Made by a program: the position numbers and the translations under genes. Source: a virus. From it: DNA of 64,000 bases. Numbering within the stretch: position 1 is the first letter of the stretch; every line of letters starts with the position of its first letter. The stretch lies in IMG/VR virus record IMGVR_UViG_3300042923_001106, positions 119,209 to 183,208 of that record; one strand, written 5' to 3'. Shown in pieces: positions 37,489 to 46,568 of the stretch. Under the pieces are notes generated by a model. The model was not told where the DNA came from and searched no databases. It was given only the letters and a program-made list of their open reading frames with translations.

Positions 37489-38673
37489 ATGAATTATGAA
37501 TTCGAGAAGAATAAGCTATACTCATTGATAGGTAAAAACCTATTATCAGAACTAAAGGGTAAAGAGTGTTACATTGCCGGTGGGACAATTACCAGCCTTT
37601 TTTGTAATCGGGAAATCAACGATATCGATATTTACTTCAAAAGCGAAAAAGCATTTATCGAGTTTGTTGAATCGATTTGGGAAGATGGTAATGGCTGGAT
37701 TGTCGCAAGTACTGATAAAGCAACTTTGGTAAAATCGAGCAAATATGAAGAGTATCAAATGATTCACTTCAAATTCTTTCCGAATGCTGAAGATATCTTT
37801 AAAGCATTTGATTTTACAGTTTGTATGGGGGCGTTTGATTTTGAAACAGAAACATTCAAATTACACCCAGACTTTTTACAGCATAATTCACAACGTATTC
37901 TGAAATACAACGCAAACACAGCGTTTCCTATCGTTTCGTTACTTCGTGTTCAAAAATACAAAGATAAAGGTTATACAATCTCTAAGCCAGAACTCATCCG
38001 AATCGTCTTATCATGTATGAATTTAGAAATAAATACATATGAAGAGTTAAAAGAGCAAATGGGTGGAATGTATGGGGTTAATTACGATAAGTTGTTCAAA
38101 GATAAAGAAGGCAAAGTTGACATAAAAGAAGCAATAGATGTTATTGCGAATTTAAGTCTTAGCGAAGATTACTTTAAGGCTCCAGAATCAATTGGCCAAG
38201 AAATGTGTAGTATGGAAGACTATTTAGATGATATCGCGAAAACCCCAATTCCGTATACAGTAATCGATGATGAAGTATTTCGATTGTCAAAAGGAAAATT
38301 GAAGCCATCAAATAAGAAGCCAAAAATTGGAGATTTATTCGATTATAAAGAGTTTTTAAGAGGGAAGAAATTTTATAAATTTGTGAAGAAGAAGGAGGGA
38401 AAATATTATAGTTTTTATGATTCTAATTTTGAATATGCCGTAGGTAAAAAGGTATTTGCAGTAGGAGATAAATATACTAGTGATCCAGTGCTTTATTTTG
38501 TTTACCTAGATACTGTAGAATCGGCTACATACAGAAACGAAAAGGAGAGAGTATTGATTGAAGTGGAATTTGATATTGATGATCTTTCAAGTATAGATGA
38601 GGATACAATAGAGTTAAAGGCATGCACTATGATAAGAGAAGTACCTGAGACTGAATATAAACAACATTTGTGA
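37489..38673 (+). CDS. Pol-beta-superfamily nucleotidyltransferase with a C-terminal extension
   Basis: CYIAGGTI...NDIDIYF...FDFTVCMGAF...LRVQKYKDKGY. Confidence 0.75.
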   Translation: MNYEFEKNKLYSLIGKNLLSELKGKECYIAGGTITSLFCNREINDIDIYFKSEKAFIEFVESIWEDGNGWIVASTDKATLVKSSKYEEYQMIHFKFFPNAEDIFKAFDFTVCMGAFDFETETFKLHPDFLQHNSQRILKYNANTAFPIVSLLRVQKYKDKGYTISKPELIRIVLSCMNLEINTYEELKEQMGGMYGVNYDKLFKDKEGKVDIKEAIDVIANLSLSEDYFKAPESIGQEMCSMEDYLDDIAKTPIPYTVIDDEVFRLSKGKLKPSNKKPKIGDLFDYKEFLRGKKFYKFVKKKEGKYYSFYDSNFEYAVGKKVFAVGDKYTSDPVLYFVYLDTVESATYRNEKERVLIEVEFDIDDLSSIDEDTIELKACTMIREVPETEYKQHL

Positions 38674-38689
38674 GTAATAAGTTGAGGAG

Positions 38690-39415
38690 ATGATATTAAT
38701 TAGAACATTGGCGATTTCGGATATTCACGGCTGCTATGATGAGTTTAATGCTTTGCTGAAAAAGGTTGGATACAACCCACACGAAGATAAACTAATCCTT
38801 CTTGGAGACTATGTTGATCGAGGACAGAAAAGCAAAGAAACTGTAGACCAAATTCGATATTTAGTTAAAGATTACAATGTCATTGCTCTTCGTGGAAATC
38901 ATGATCAAATGTTTCTTGATGCATTGAACAACGATGAAGACTATATATTCCTTCATAATGGCGGCATACATACAATTGAAAGTTACTGCGGACTTAATTG
39001 GTTTGAAAACTGTGATGGATTTGATTATGACAGATATATTGTAGCAAAGAAGTTCATTAAGTCGAACTATAGTGAGCACATCGATTTTCTAGAAAGCCTG
39101 CCACATTATCATGAGGATGACTCGCATATCTACGTTCATGCAGGTCTGAGTCCATCATATGAAAATTGGAGAGAACAACCTGCTGAGAACTTTATTTGGA
39201 TTAGAGATGTATTCTTAAACAATAGAACGATTGTTGATAAGACAGTTATCTTTGGACACACTCCGACGGTGAATTTTCAACAAACATCAAACGTTTGGTT
39301 TGCTGGTGATAAGATTGGAGTAGACGGTGGGTGCTGCTTTGGTTATGCATTGAACTGCTTGGAAATATCTCAAGATGGATACCTCGAATATTCAGTGAAA
39401 AGAGGAAGCAAATGA
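38690..39415 (+). CDS. Calcineurin-like metallophosphoesterase (phage Ser/Thr phosphatase family)
   Basis: SDIHG, LGDYVDRG, RGNHD, VHAG and FGHTP motifs. Confidence 0.9.
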   Translation: MILIRTLAISDIHGCYDEFNALLKKVGYNPHEDKLILLGDYVDRGQKSKETVDQIRYLVKDYNVIALRGNHDQMFLDALNNDEDYIFLHNGGIHTIESYCGLNWFENCDGFDYDRYIVAKKFIKSNYSEHIDFLESLPHYHEDDSHIYVHAGLSPSYENWREQPAENFIWIRDVFLNNRTIVDKTVIFGHTPTVNFQQTSNVWFAGDKIGVDGGCCFGYALNCLEISQDGYLEYSVKRGSK

Positions 39416-39455
39416 AATTATCCTTTTATGGGATATTTAATATAGGAGTGATGAT

Positions 39456-40397
39456 ATAATTAAGAGAAATAATGCTAGTTTCGCAAACGAAGTTTATCAT
39501 CAATATGACTGGTGTTATCAAAAGTTTATTATAGAAGGTTTAAATCATCAAGAAATGGCTCAAGAAGCAGGAACGACTGCGAGAACAATTAAGAAATGGG
39601 TGGTCGAAAAACACAGACTTAAAGGAAATATTAGAAGGAAAGTCAAAAGACTCAATCAATTACAAGAGGATTTAATCATCGGGTCAATTCTTGGTGACGG
39701 ACATATCACCAACGAAAAATTCAAACCTATATTCATAGTATCTCATGCGGCAGACGAGAAAGATTATTTGTACTGGAAACACGATATATTGAAAGATTTT
39801 TGCAACAAGGGTCCAAGATTGATTGAGGCACAGATAAAGCCATTTGGTGATAAAGAGTATTTGTCTCAAGATGCCTATAGGATTAACACCAGAGTACAGG
39901 ATGATTTAATAAAATATCGTGATATGTCAATAAAAGAAATAGTAAAAAAATTAAATGAATTTTCATTCTCTATTTGGTTATTAGACGACGGACATAGGAG
40001 TAGTGGATGTTGGGACTTATGTGTTGCTCCATACAGTGCCGATGAGGTAAATGAAATCTTAAATGTAATACATGAAAGATTTAAACTAGAATGTAAAATA
40101 AAATCAGACAATAGGTATATATTGTTTACAGCAAAGTCGAGCAGGGATTTGGATCAAATAATTCTAAAAAATATTCCTAATGAACTAGATGTAATAAGGA
40201 AAAAGATAACAGAGAAAGATATTGATACTGAAGCAAATTACTTTTGGGTTACTTATAATAATGAAGAGATTGGATTGAATAGGTTCTGTCGTGAAAACAA
40301 GATTGTATATTCAGCAGCTAGAAAACTTTATTTTGAAGGTGTGACTGATGGAATCGCTCTGATTGAAAAATGCTGTGCGAAAACTAAATATAAATAA
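39456..40397 (+). CDS. Free-standing LAGLIDADG homing endonuclease with N-terminal HTH; probable ATA/ATT start
   Basis: LIIGSILGDG and SIWLLDDG motifs. The frame is open from 39441; AGGAG 39444-39448 precedes ATA 39456 and ATT 39459, and the first ATG is at 39555. Confidence 0.75.
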   Translation: MIKRNNASFANEVYHQYDWCYQKFIIEGLNHQEMAQEAGTTARTIKKWVVEKHRLKGNIRRKVKRLNQLQEDLIIGSILGDGHITNEKFKPIFIVSHAADEKDYLYWKHDILKDFCNKGPRLIEAQIKPFGDKEYLSQDAYRINTRVQDDLIKYRDMSIKEIVKKLNEFSFSIWLLDDGHRSSGCWDLCVAPYSADEVNEILNVIHERFKLECKIKSDNRYILFTAKSSRDLDQIILKNIPNELDVIRKKITEKDIDTEANYFWVTYNNEEIGLNRFCRENKIVYSAARKLYFEGVTDGIALIEKCCAKTKYK

Positions 40398-40400
40398 ATA

Positions 40401-40429
40401 TATACAATAAAAATGGTATGTGTTAATCT
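40401..40429 (+). promoter_or_regulatory. Probable sigma-A promoter for dnaE
   Basis: TATACA-N17-TAATCT with an extended TG. Confidence 0.5.
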
Positions 40430-40464
40430 TAGTATAAGGCATTTTTTTTGAAGGAGGTAGAAAA

Positions 40465-43400
40465 TTGCGATACAATAACTATCATAAACATACCCATTAC
40501 AGTAACATCGTCACACCTGACTGTATTGTTAAACCGATAGATTACGCAAAGCGAGCAATCGAATTGGGTCACACTACGATTTGTACAACTGAGCATGGCT
40601 ATGCTGGGAATGTATTTGAATATTATGATGTAACTAAACAGCATAACCTTAAACTTATCTTTGGAGTAGAATTTTACTATGTCAACGACCGCTTTGAAAA
40701 GGACAAATCGAATACTCACTTAATGATTCTTGCTAAGAATAATGAAGGTAAACGAGAGTTAACTAGACTTATTACGGAATCGAACAAGACTGGATTTTAT
40801 TATAAGCCTCGTATAGACAAACAATTAGTGATGGGTCTAAATCCTGAAAATGTTCTAGTTACATCCACTTGTATAATCAGTTATGTGGGCAAATGTGAAG
40901 ACTACGAACAGAACTTTGTATTGCCATTTATGAATCACTTTAAGTGTAACTTCCTGCTGGAGATTCATGATAATGCCCATAGAATGCAAGTAAACTATAA
41001 TAAAAAAATCCTTGCCTTACATGAGAAATATAATATTCCCTTAATTCACGCTACTGATTCTCATTACATATATCCTGAGCAGGATAAGGATCGAACACAG
41101 TTCTTGAATGGTAAGAATATTTACTATGAAGAAGAAGAAGGATTCATACTTGATTATCCTGATTCTGAAACAATCTTTAAACGGTATGAAGAGCAGGGTG
41201 TTTTCACAAAAGAACAAGTGGAGCAATCTTTAAATAACACCCTGCTCCTCGATGATTTTGAAAATATCAAAATGGACAAAGAAATAAAGATGCCATCAAT
41301 TTACCCGAATTGGTCGCATGAACAAAAGGTTAAAAAACTAAAAGAAATAATCACAGAGGAATGGAAAAAGGACAAAAAAGAAATCAATCCAAAACGTGTC
41401 GGTGAATATCTTGATGCAATTCGATTTGAAACAAAAATTATTGAAGATACATCAATGGAAGATTACTTTTTGCTCAATTATGATATCATCAAACGGGCAA
41501 AAGAGAACGGAGGGATATTGACTCGTACAGGTCGAGGATCGGCACCGAGTTTTTACATAAATAAACTCCTTGGCTTTACAGAAATTGACCGATTAGAAGC
41601 ACCAGTAACACTTTATCCAACTCGATTTATGAGTACATCTCGTATTCTTGAATCTAAAAGTTTGCCAGATATCGATTTTAATACATCTCAACCTGAAGCA
41701 TTTATTAAAGCAGCCATAGAGATACTTGGTGAAGATAATGTTTATTACATGACAGCTTACGGTACAATGCAAGCAAGCGAGGCGTTCAGAAACTATTGTA
41801 GAGCTATTAACTTAAAAATGGACGATTACAATGATGTCGGAAAAAATCTTGACCAGTATAGGAATGATGATAAATGGAAAGACATTATCAAAGAATCAGA
41901 GAAGTTTATAGATGTTATTGATAGCGTTTCTCCACATCCTTGTGCGTTTATCCTATTGTCTCAACCTGTATCTGAAGAGATAGGAATTATTAGAGTTGGA
42001 AGTAAAGAGAAGGTTAACTTTTGTGCATTGATAGACAGTACTACATCTGACTCTTGGAAATATCTGAAGAATGACTTTCTCACAGTAAGTGTATGGGAAA
42101 TTATCGCTAACACTTATAAGATGATTGGAATTCCAATACATAATATTCGTGAATTATCTCGCTTAGTTGAAAGTGATAAGCGAGTTTGGGATTTGTATGA
42201 AAATGGATTAACTGTTACACTCAATCAAACAGGAACGGATTCAGGGACACCTCAAGTTATGCAATATAAACCTAAGAATGTACGAGAATTAACTGGTTGG
42301 GTCAGCGCAATTCGACCATCATTCGTATCTATGAAGCATTACTTTTTAAATAGACAAGAATTCTCATACGGGATTAAAGAACTCGATGACCTTTTAATCG
42401 AAAGTGACAACTTTATTTTATACCAAGAGAATATAATGCGTGTTCTTGTGTGGGTAGGGTTCCCCGAAGATGAAACATACGGGCTATTAAAAGCCATCGC
42501 CAAAAAGAAAGAAGGAATCATTGAACCGATTTATGAGCGGTTTATTGATGGTTTCGTAGAGAAGACAAATAGCGAAGAGAACGCCGAGTTAGTTTGGAAG
42601 ATAATAGAGAATTCTGTGGACTATGGTTTTAACTCTTCGCATGCTTACTCTGTAGCATTGGACAGTCTTTATGGAGCATACCTTAAGGTAAATTACCCAC
42701 TTGAATATTTTACAGTAATACTTACGAAATACGAGGATGACACAGAGACAACAAGTAAAATTTTTAAAGAATTACCATACTTCAGTATAAGTATATCACC
42801 AATCAAATTCAGACAATCAAAAGCACATTATTCACCTAATAAAGAAAAAAATACAATTTACAAAGGCATTAAAAGTGTTAAATATCTGAATGAGAAGATT
42901 GCCGAGGAGTTGTTTGAACTTGGCAAAAAACATTATGATTCATTCATTGATTTACTCATTGATATTACCGAGAGCACATCGGTAAATACAAGGCAACTTG
43001 ATATTTTGATAAAACTGAACTTTTTTTCTGAATTTGGTCAAAACAATGAATTGTTGCAAATATACAATGAATTTACGTCAATGTACAAAAAAACATACGT
43101 TGAGAAAACAAAAGTAAAACGGATAGGAGAGTTAAGGCAACGAGAAGATGAGATTCGAAATATGTTACAAGATAAAACTTTACCTATTCACGAATCCATC
43201 ATGTTCCAGAAAGAAATGCTTGGGTATGCTGATTTAAGGTTTCCAAACTCTAAAGATTGGTTTGTTATCGTTGATATCGATAAAAAGTATACTCCTAGAC
43301 TAACCGTATATGAATTATTAACCGGCGAAGAAAAATCAATCAAAGTAGAGAAGAAGAAATTCTTCATCGGAAATGGAGAAACCTTAAAAATAGGTGATAC

Positions 43401-43515
43401 AGTCAAGATTACTCAGTCAGAGATGAGACCGAAGAGCAAACTTGTAGATGGAAAATGGGTTAAATCTGAAGATCAGTTTGATGAGTGGTTGGTGTCGTGC
43501 TCAATCAAGAGATAG
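40465..43515 (+). CDS. dnaE: DNA polymerase III alpha subunit (PHP plus polymerase; YorL-like)
   Basis: NYHKHTHYS, TTEHG, GRGSA, PDIDF, ILYQE and YGFNSSHAYS motifs. Confidence 0.92.
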   Translation: MRYNNYHKHTHYSNIVTPDCIVKPIDYAKRAIELGHTTICTTEHGYAGNVFEYYDVTKQHNLKLIFGVEFYYVNDRFEKDKSNTHLMILAKNNEGKRELTRLITESNKTGFYYKPRIDKQLVMGLNPENVLVTSTCIISYVGKCEDYEQNFVLPFMNHFKCNFLLEIHDNAHRMQVNYNKKILALHEKYNIPLIHATDSHYIYPEQDKDRTQFLNGKNIYYEEEEGFILDYPDSETIFKRYEEQGVFTKEQVEQSLNNTLLLDDFENIKMDKEIKMPSIYPNWSHEQKVKKLKEIITEEWKKDKKEINPKRVGEYLDAIRFETKIIEDTSMEDYFLLNYDIIKRAKENGGILTRTGRGSAPSFYINKLLGFTEIDRLEAPVTLYPTRFMSTSRILESKSLPDIDFNTSQPEAFIKAAIEILGEDNVYYMTAYGTMQASEAFRNYCRAINLKMDDYNDVGKNLDQYRNDDKWKDIIKESEKFIDVIDSVSPHPCAFILLSQPVSEEIGIIRVGSKEKVNFCALIDSTTSDSWKYLKNDFLTVSVWEIIANTYKMIGIPIHNIRELSRLVESDKRVWDLYENGLTVTLNQTGTDSGTPQVMQYKPKNVRELTGWVSAIRPSFVSMKHYFLNRQEFSYGIKELDDLLIESDNFILYQENIMRVLVWVGFPEDETYGLLKAIAKKKEGIIEPIYERFIDGFVEKTNSEENAELVWKIIENSVDYGFNSSHAYSVALDSLYGAYLKVNYPLEYFTVILTKYEDDTETTSKIFKELPYFSISISPIKFRQSKAHYSPNKEKNTIYKGIKSVKYLNEKIAEELFELGKKHYDSFIDLLIDITESTSVNTRQLDILIKLNFFSEFGQNNELLQIYNEFTSMYKKTYVEKTKVKRIGELRQREDEIRNMLQDKTLPIHESIMFQKEMLGYADLRFPNSKDWFVIVDIDKKYTPRLTVYELLTGEEKSIKVEKKKFFIGNGETLKIGDTVKITQSEMRPKSKLVDGKWVKSEDQFDEWLVSCSIKR

Positions 43516-43727
43516 TTATTTTTACCCAATGAATCATCGCTTTCATTAGTAAATAAAATAAAACAATAACGTACAAGGAGAAATAAAATGATCACATACG
43601 CTATTTTCAAATCCAATATCGAAAAATTACTGAACAGGCAAATCACAAATGACGAAATGATTGAACTTTGTGGTGAGCCCCTATATAAACTGCTGCAAGA
43701 AACCTTTCAGTTAAAGGGGTTGAAACA

Positions 43728-43916
43728 TTGAAACCGATTAGGATGAAGAGATATCGAGAGCAAGAGTTAGAGGCTGCAATTAAAGATAATGAAAGTAGAG
43801 GATTTACTGTTGTGAGGCGTTGGGAAGTACCGATTACATATGATATGGGAGCAAGAACGCGATATACATATTGCGCCGAGATGATTAAGTCGGTAGATAA
43901 AACGAATATTTCATAG
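43728..43916 (+). CDS. Hypothetical protein
   Basis: TTG start; stop within the palindrome at 43896. Confidence 0.5.
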   Translation: MKPIRMKRYREQELEAAIKDNESRGFTVVRRWEVPITYDMGARTRYTYCAEMIKSVDKTNIS

Positions 43917-43928
43917 GAGAGTGATTAG

Positions 43929-44474
43929 TTGGCCAAAAAGAACCCCGGTAAAGAATTCGAAGCACAACTACAAAAAAGTTGCCAAAGTGTTGGAGTGTTC
44001 TATGATCGAATAAAGGATACTCCACCAAAAGTCAAGGTAGGTAAAAATAAGTATGACTATTACATATATCAGATACCAAATTTGTTTGCCCTAGAATTAA
44101 AATCAACAGGAGATAAATCGATAAGTTTTAGCGAGAAGATAATCAAACAACATCAAATAGACAATCTTACAGAAGCAGCAACACATAAAGGTATTATTGC
44201 GGGGTTCATCTTTAATTACAGGGAATATGATAATGCTACCTTCTTTGTACATATCACAGAGTTCAACAAGTACAAGTTAGTCGCTCAATCAACAAGTGAT
44301 GATCATACATACGTGAAAGTAAATAAAAGTTCGATTCCACTTGAAGTGTGTGAGCAGATTGGAATAAAAATAAATAATTATAAAATGAGAACTAATTATC
44401 ATTATCATATAAAGGATTTTATTGATAAAGCTGTATCTACATATAGCATAGGACAAATGAATGAAAATAATTAA
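43929..44474 (+). CDS. recU: RecU-like Holliday junction resolvase
   Basis: GKEFE, YDY, LELKST, IKQHQI and GFIFN, i.e. the PD-(D/E)xK RecU pattern. Confidence 0.8.
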   Translation: MAKKNPGKEFEAQLQKSCQSVGVFYDRIKDTPPKVKVGKNKYDYYIYQIPNLFALELKSTGDKSISFSEKIIKQHQIDNLTEAATHKGIIAGFIFNYREYDNATFFVHITEFNKYKLVAQSTSDDHTYVKVNKSSIPLEVCEQIGIKINNYKMRTNYHYHIKDFIDKAVSTYSIGQMNENN

Positions 44475-44561
44475 AATATTGATGTTTTACAGGACAAACA
44501 AATTTTCACAAAACTCAACATATTCATTTATAAGCGACTCCTCAAAGGAGGGTATGCTTTG

Positions 44562-44726
44562 ATGAATACAAATGAGGCTTCACAACAAGCGGAAGAACAA
44601 ATTATCGAAACATTACCTTCAGGAGTAACGATGGTTATTAATGGATCACCAAGTATTGAAGGCTGTAGAGAGTTTCTGAAAACTCTAATAAAAGCAAATT
44701 ACAAAAACAAAGAAGTTAGCACATAG
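44562..44726 (+). CDS. 54-aa protein; candidate recombination directionality factor (SprB-like role)
   Basis: AGGAGGG-N9-ATG; MNTNEASQ...VTMVINGSPSIEGCREFLKTLIK; directly upstream of the integrase. The function is inferred from size and position. Confidence 0.5.
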   Translation: MNTNEASQQAEEQIIETLPSGVTMVINGSPSIEGCREFLKTLIKANYKNKEVST

Positions 44727-44764
44727 GCATATGTGCTTTTTCTTGTTCCTGTTGATATTCTACA

Positions 44765-44794
44765 TTTACTCATAAATATTGAGTGGTGTATAAT
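44765..44794 (+). promoter_or_regulatory. Sigma-A promoter of the serine recombinase, with an overlapping inverted repeat
   Basis: TTTACT-N18-TATAAT; ACTCA-N7-TGAGT in the spacer. Confidence 0.55.
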
Positions 44795-44840
44795 GGTAAT
44801 TAATATGTTTCATAAAAAACAACAAGGAGGCACTGAAGTT

Positions 44841-46346
44841 GTGTCGCAATACACTGTAAAATATGTAGCAATATATGTACGAAAATCTAGAGGCGATTTA
44901 GAGCACGATTTGGCAAAGCATCTAGCAGAACTAATCAAGCTGTGTGAAGAAAATAACTGGACTTATGCAGTTTACAGTGAAATAGGAACATCTGATTCCA
45001 TTGAATTACGCCCTGTTATGAGCGAATTGTTGTCAGATGTTGAACTTGGCATGTTCGATGCCGTCTGCGCGGTTCACATCGACCGTTTGAGTCGTGGTGA
45101 TGCAGTGGATAGAGCCAAGATACAGAAAATTTTGGGGAAGACAGAAACCTTATTAATAACTCCTCAAAGAGTATATGATTTCACAAACGAGACTGATTTG
45201 CTTATGGCTGAATTTGAAGGCTTAATGGCTCGGATGGAGTACAAACAAACATCAAGAAGGTTTAAGCAAGGAAAAGCACGAAATGCAAAATTGGGATTCT
45301 GGTCAAATGGAAAACCGCCGTATCCATATTATCGAGACAGTGAAAAAAAGAAAGCCGTTGTAAATCCAGATTATCGACCAGTATACAGAAGAATGGTCGA
45401 CTTGTGTATGCAGGGTTGGACATTTACAGATATTGCGTGGGAGCTAAACAAATTAGCCATTCTTTCACCCAAGGGTGGAATGTGGAGTCATGTAGTAGTT
45501 GGTAATTTGCTTCAGGATGAAGTTCATCTAGGACATATTGTGGTAGGAAAAACAACAAAAACGGCTACCGGAGATAAGATTCACAGAGAAAAGGAAAAAT
45601 GGATTGTATACAAAAATTGTCATGAAGCCGTAAAGACGCAAGAAGAGCACGATAAAATTATTTTTTTAACAAACAGAAATAAAAGATCGAGTAAGGCCAG
45701 TAGAGCAGGTAAGCAAGTATTTTCTGGATTACTTTATTGCGCCTGTTGTAGTAAAGCGATGCAAATTCAAAAGCAAAAGAACAGACCAAATGACTCAGTA
45801 CGATCTTGTAGAACGCATGATGCTTTTGGAGTCAGATGTATTAATTTAGGCGGAAGTGTTACAGCAATAAATGAAGTAATTTATAATGCACTAATAAAGA
45901 AGAAAGAATATTTAATTAAAGCAATCAATGAAGGAATATCAGATGATGATACTAATGAACTTCAACAGATTGCATCAACTAAGTTGAAAGAAATAAAACT
46001 CCATGAAAAAAGAATTGAGAAAATTTATCGTAATCAAGAAAGTATGCTGTACTCAGAAGAAGAAGATGAGAACGATGCAATATTCCGTGAAAGATTAAAA
46101 AAAGCAAAAGAAGAATTAAAGCTACTTGAGGACGAGTATACTTCTTTGTCCACCCAAATTGAACGAGCACTCGACACAAGGAACGAAGATTTACTTCTAA
46201 ATATTGAGGACGTTTTGAAACTACTCAACAAGCCATCAATCGAAGATAAAGAAAAAAATCGTGCATTGAAAAGTATCATTAACAGGATAGAGTGGAAAAG
46301 ATTAAGGATTGATGAACAGCCGACAATATATGTAAATTTTCTTTAG
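44841..46346 (+). CDS. Large serine recombinase/integrase (SprA-like)
   Basis: YVRKSR (catalytic Ser), DRLSRG, NGKPPYPY, zinc ribbon FSGLLYCACC and a coiled coil; GTG 44841 follows GGAGG. Confidence 0.92.
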   Translation: MSQYTVKYVAIYVRKSRGDLEHDLAKHLAELIKLCEENNWTYAVYSEIGTSDSIELRPVMSELLSDVELGMFDAVCAVHIDRLSRGDAVDRAKIQKILGKTETLLITPQRVYDFTNETDLLMAEFEGLMARMEYKQTSRRFKQGKARNAKLGFWSNGKPPYPYYRDSEKKKAVVNPDYRPVYRRMVDLCMQGWTFTDIAWELNKLAILSPKGGMWSHVVVGNLLQDEVHLGHIVVGKTTKTATGDKIHREKEKWIVYKNCHEAVKTQEEHDKIIFLTNRNKRSSKASRAGKQVFSGLLYCACCSKAMQIQKQKNRPNDSVRSCRTHDAFGVRCINLGGSVTAINEVIYNALIKKKEYLIKAINEGISDDDTNELQQIASTKLKEIKLHEKRIEKIYRNQESMLYSEEEDENDAIFRERLKKAKEELKLLEDEYTSLSTQIERALDTRNEDLLLNIEDVLKLLNKPSIEDKEKNRALKSIINRIEWKRLRIDEQPTIYVNFL

Positions 46347-46509
46347 GGGTATAGTGTGTATTAGACTAGCAATCATAAGCTAGGTGCTGATTTGTGAAAA
46401 TATGAAAAAAAGCCTTAATCCCGTCAACGAAATGATGTATATTACGAAGTCGACACGGATGGGCATTTCATAAAATACATCACAAATTAAGCTGCACTAT
46501 ACCCCTAAA
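46342..46509. ncRNA. 168-nt branched long hairpin (candidate structured RNA or recombination-linked DNA element)
   Basis: Perfect 15-bp terminal IR TTTAGGGGTATAGTG/CACTATACCCCTAAA, with nested stems CTAGC/GCTAG, TGATTTGTGA/TCACAAATTA, TATGAAA/TTTCATA, GCC/GGC, ATCC/GGAT and GTC/GAC. Confidence 0.55.
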
Positions 46510-46512
46510 TTG

Positions 46513-46529
46513 TTTATACTGAGTATAAA
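46513..46529. promoter_or_regulatory. 17-bp palindrome, candidate operator or protein-binding site
   Basis: TTTATACT-G-AGTATAAA, 3 nt from the long hairpin. Confidence 0.45.
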
Positions 46530-46568
46530 TTATAAAAATACGAACGGGGTGGGAACATTAGTAGCAGT

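Noticed and set aside
24873-43515. Group I introns or inteins in nrdB, nrdA, thyX or dnaE (common in SPbeta relatives)
   Set aside because: All four are continuous and of ordinary length, with no intein splice motifs. The LAGLIDADG gene is free-standing.
44424-44436. GATAAAGCTGTAT, resembling the SPbeta att core as I recall it
   Set aside because: It lies inside the recU coding sequence, has no flanking inverted repeat, and the comparison rests on memory, so it is probably coincidental.
44733-44840. Longer integrase N-terminus given by the ORF track
   Set aside because: This stretch contains the promoter and RBS, so GTG 44841 is the better start. The same applies to the track starts at 24813, 29408, 47756 and 61644.
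7942-46346. Amber (TAG) stop-codon recoding
   Set aside because: dnaE, the integrase and other genes end at TAG at their expected C-termini, and the long genes contain no internal TAG.
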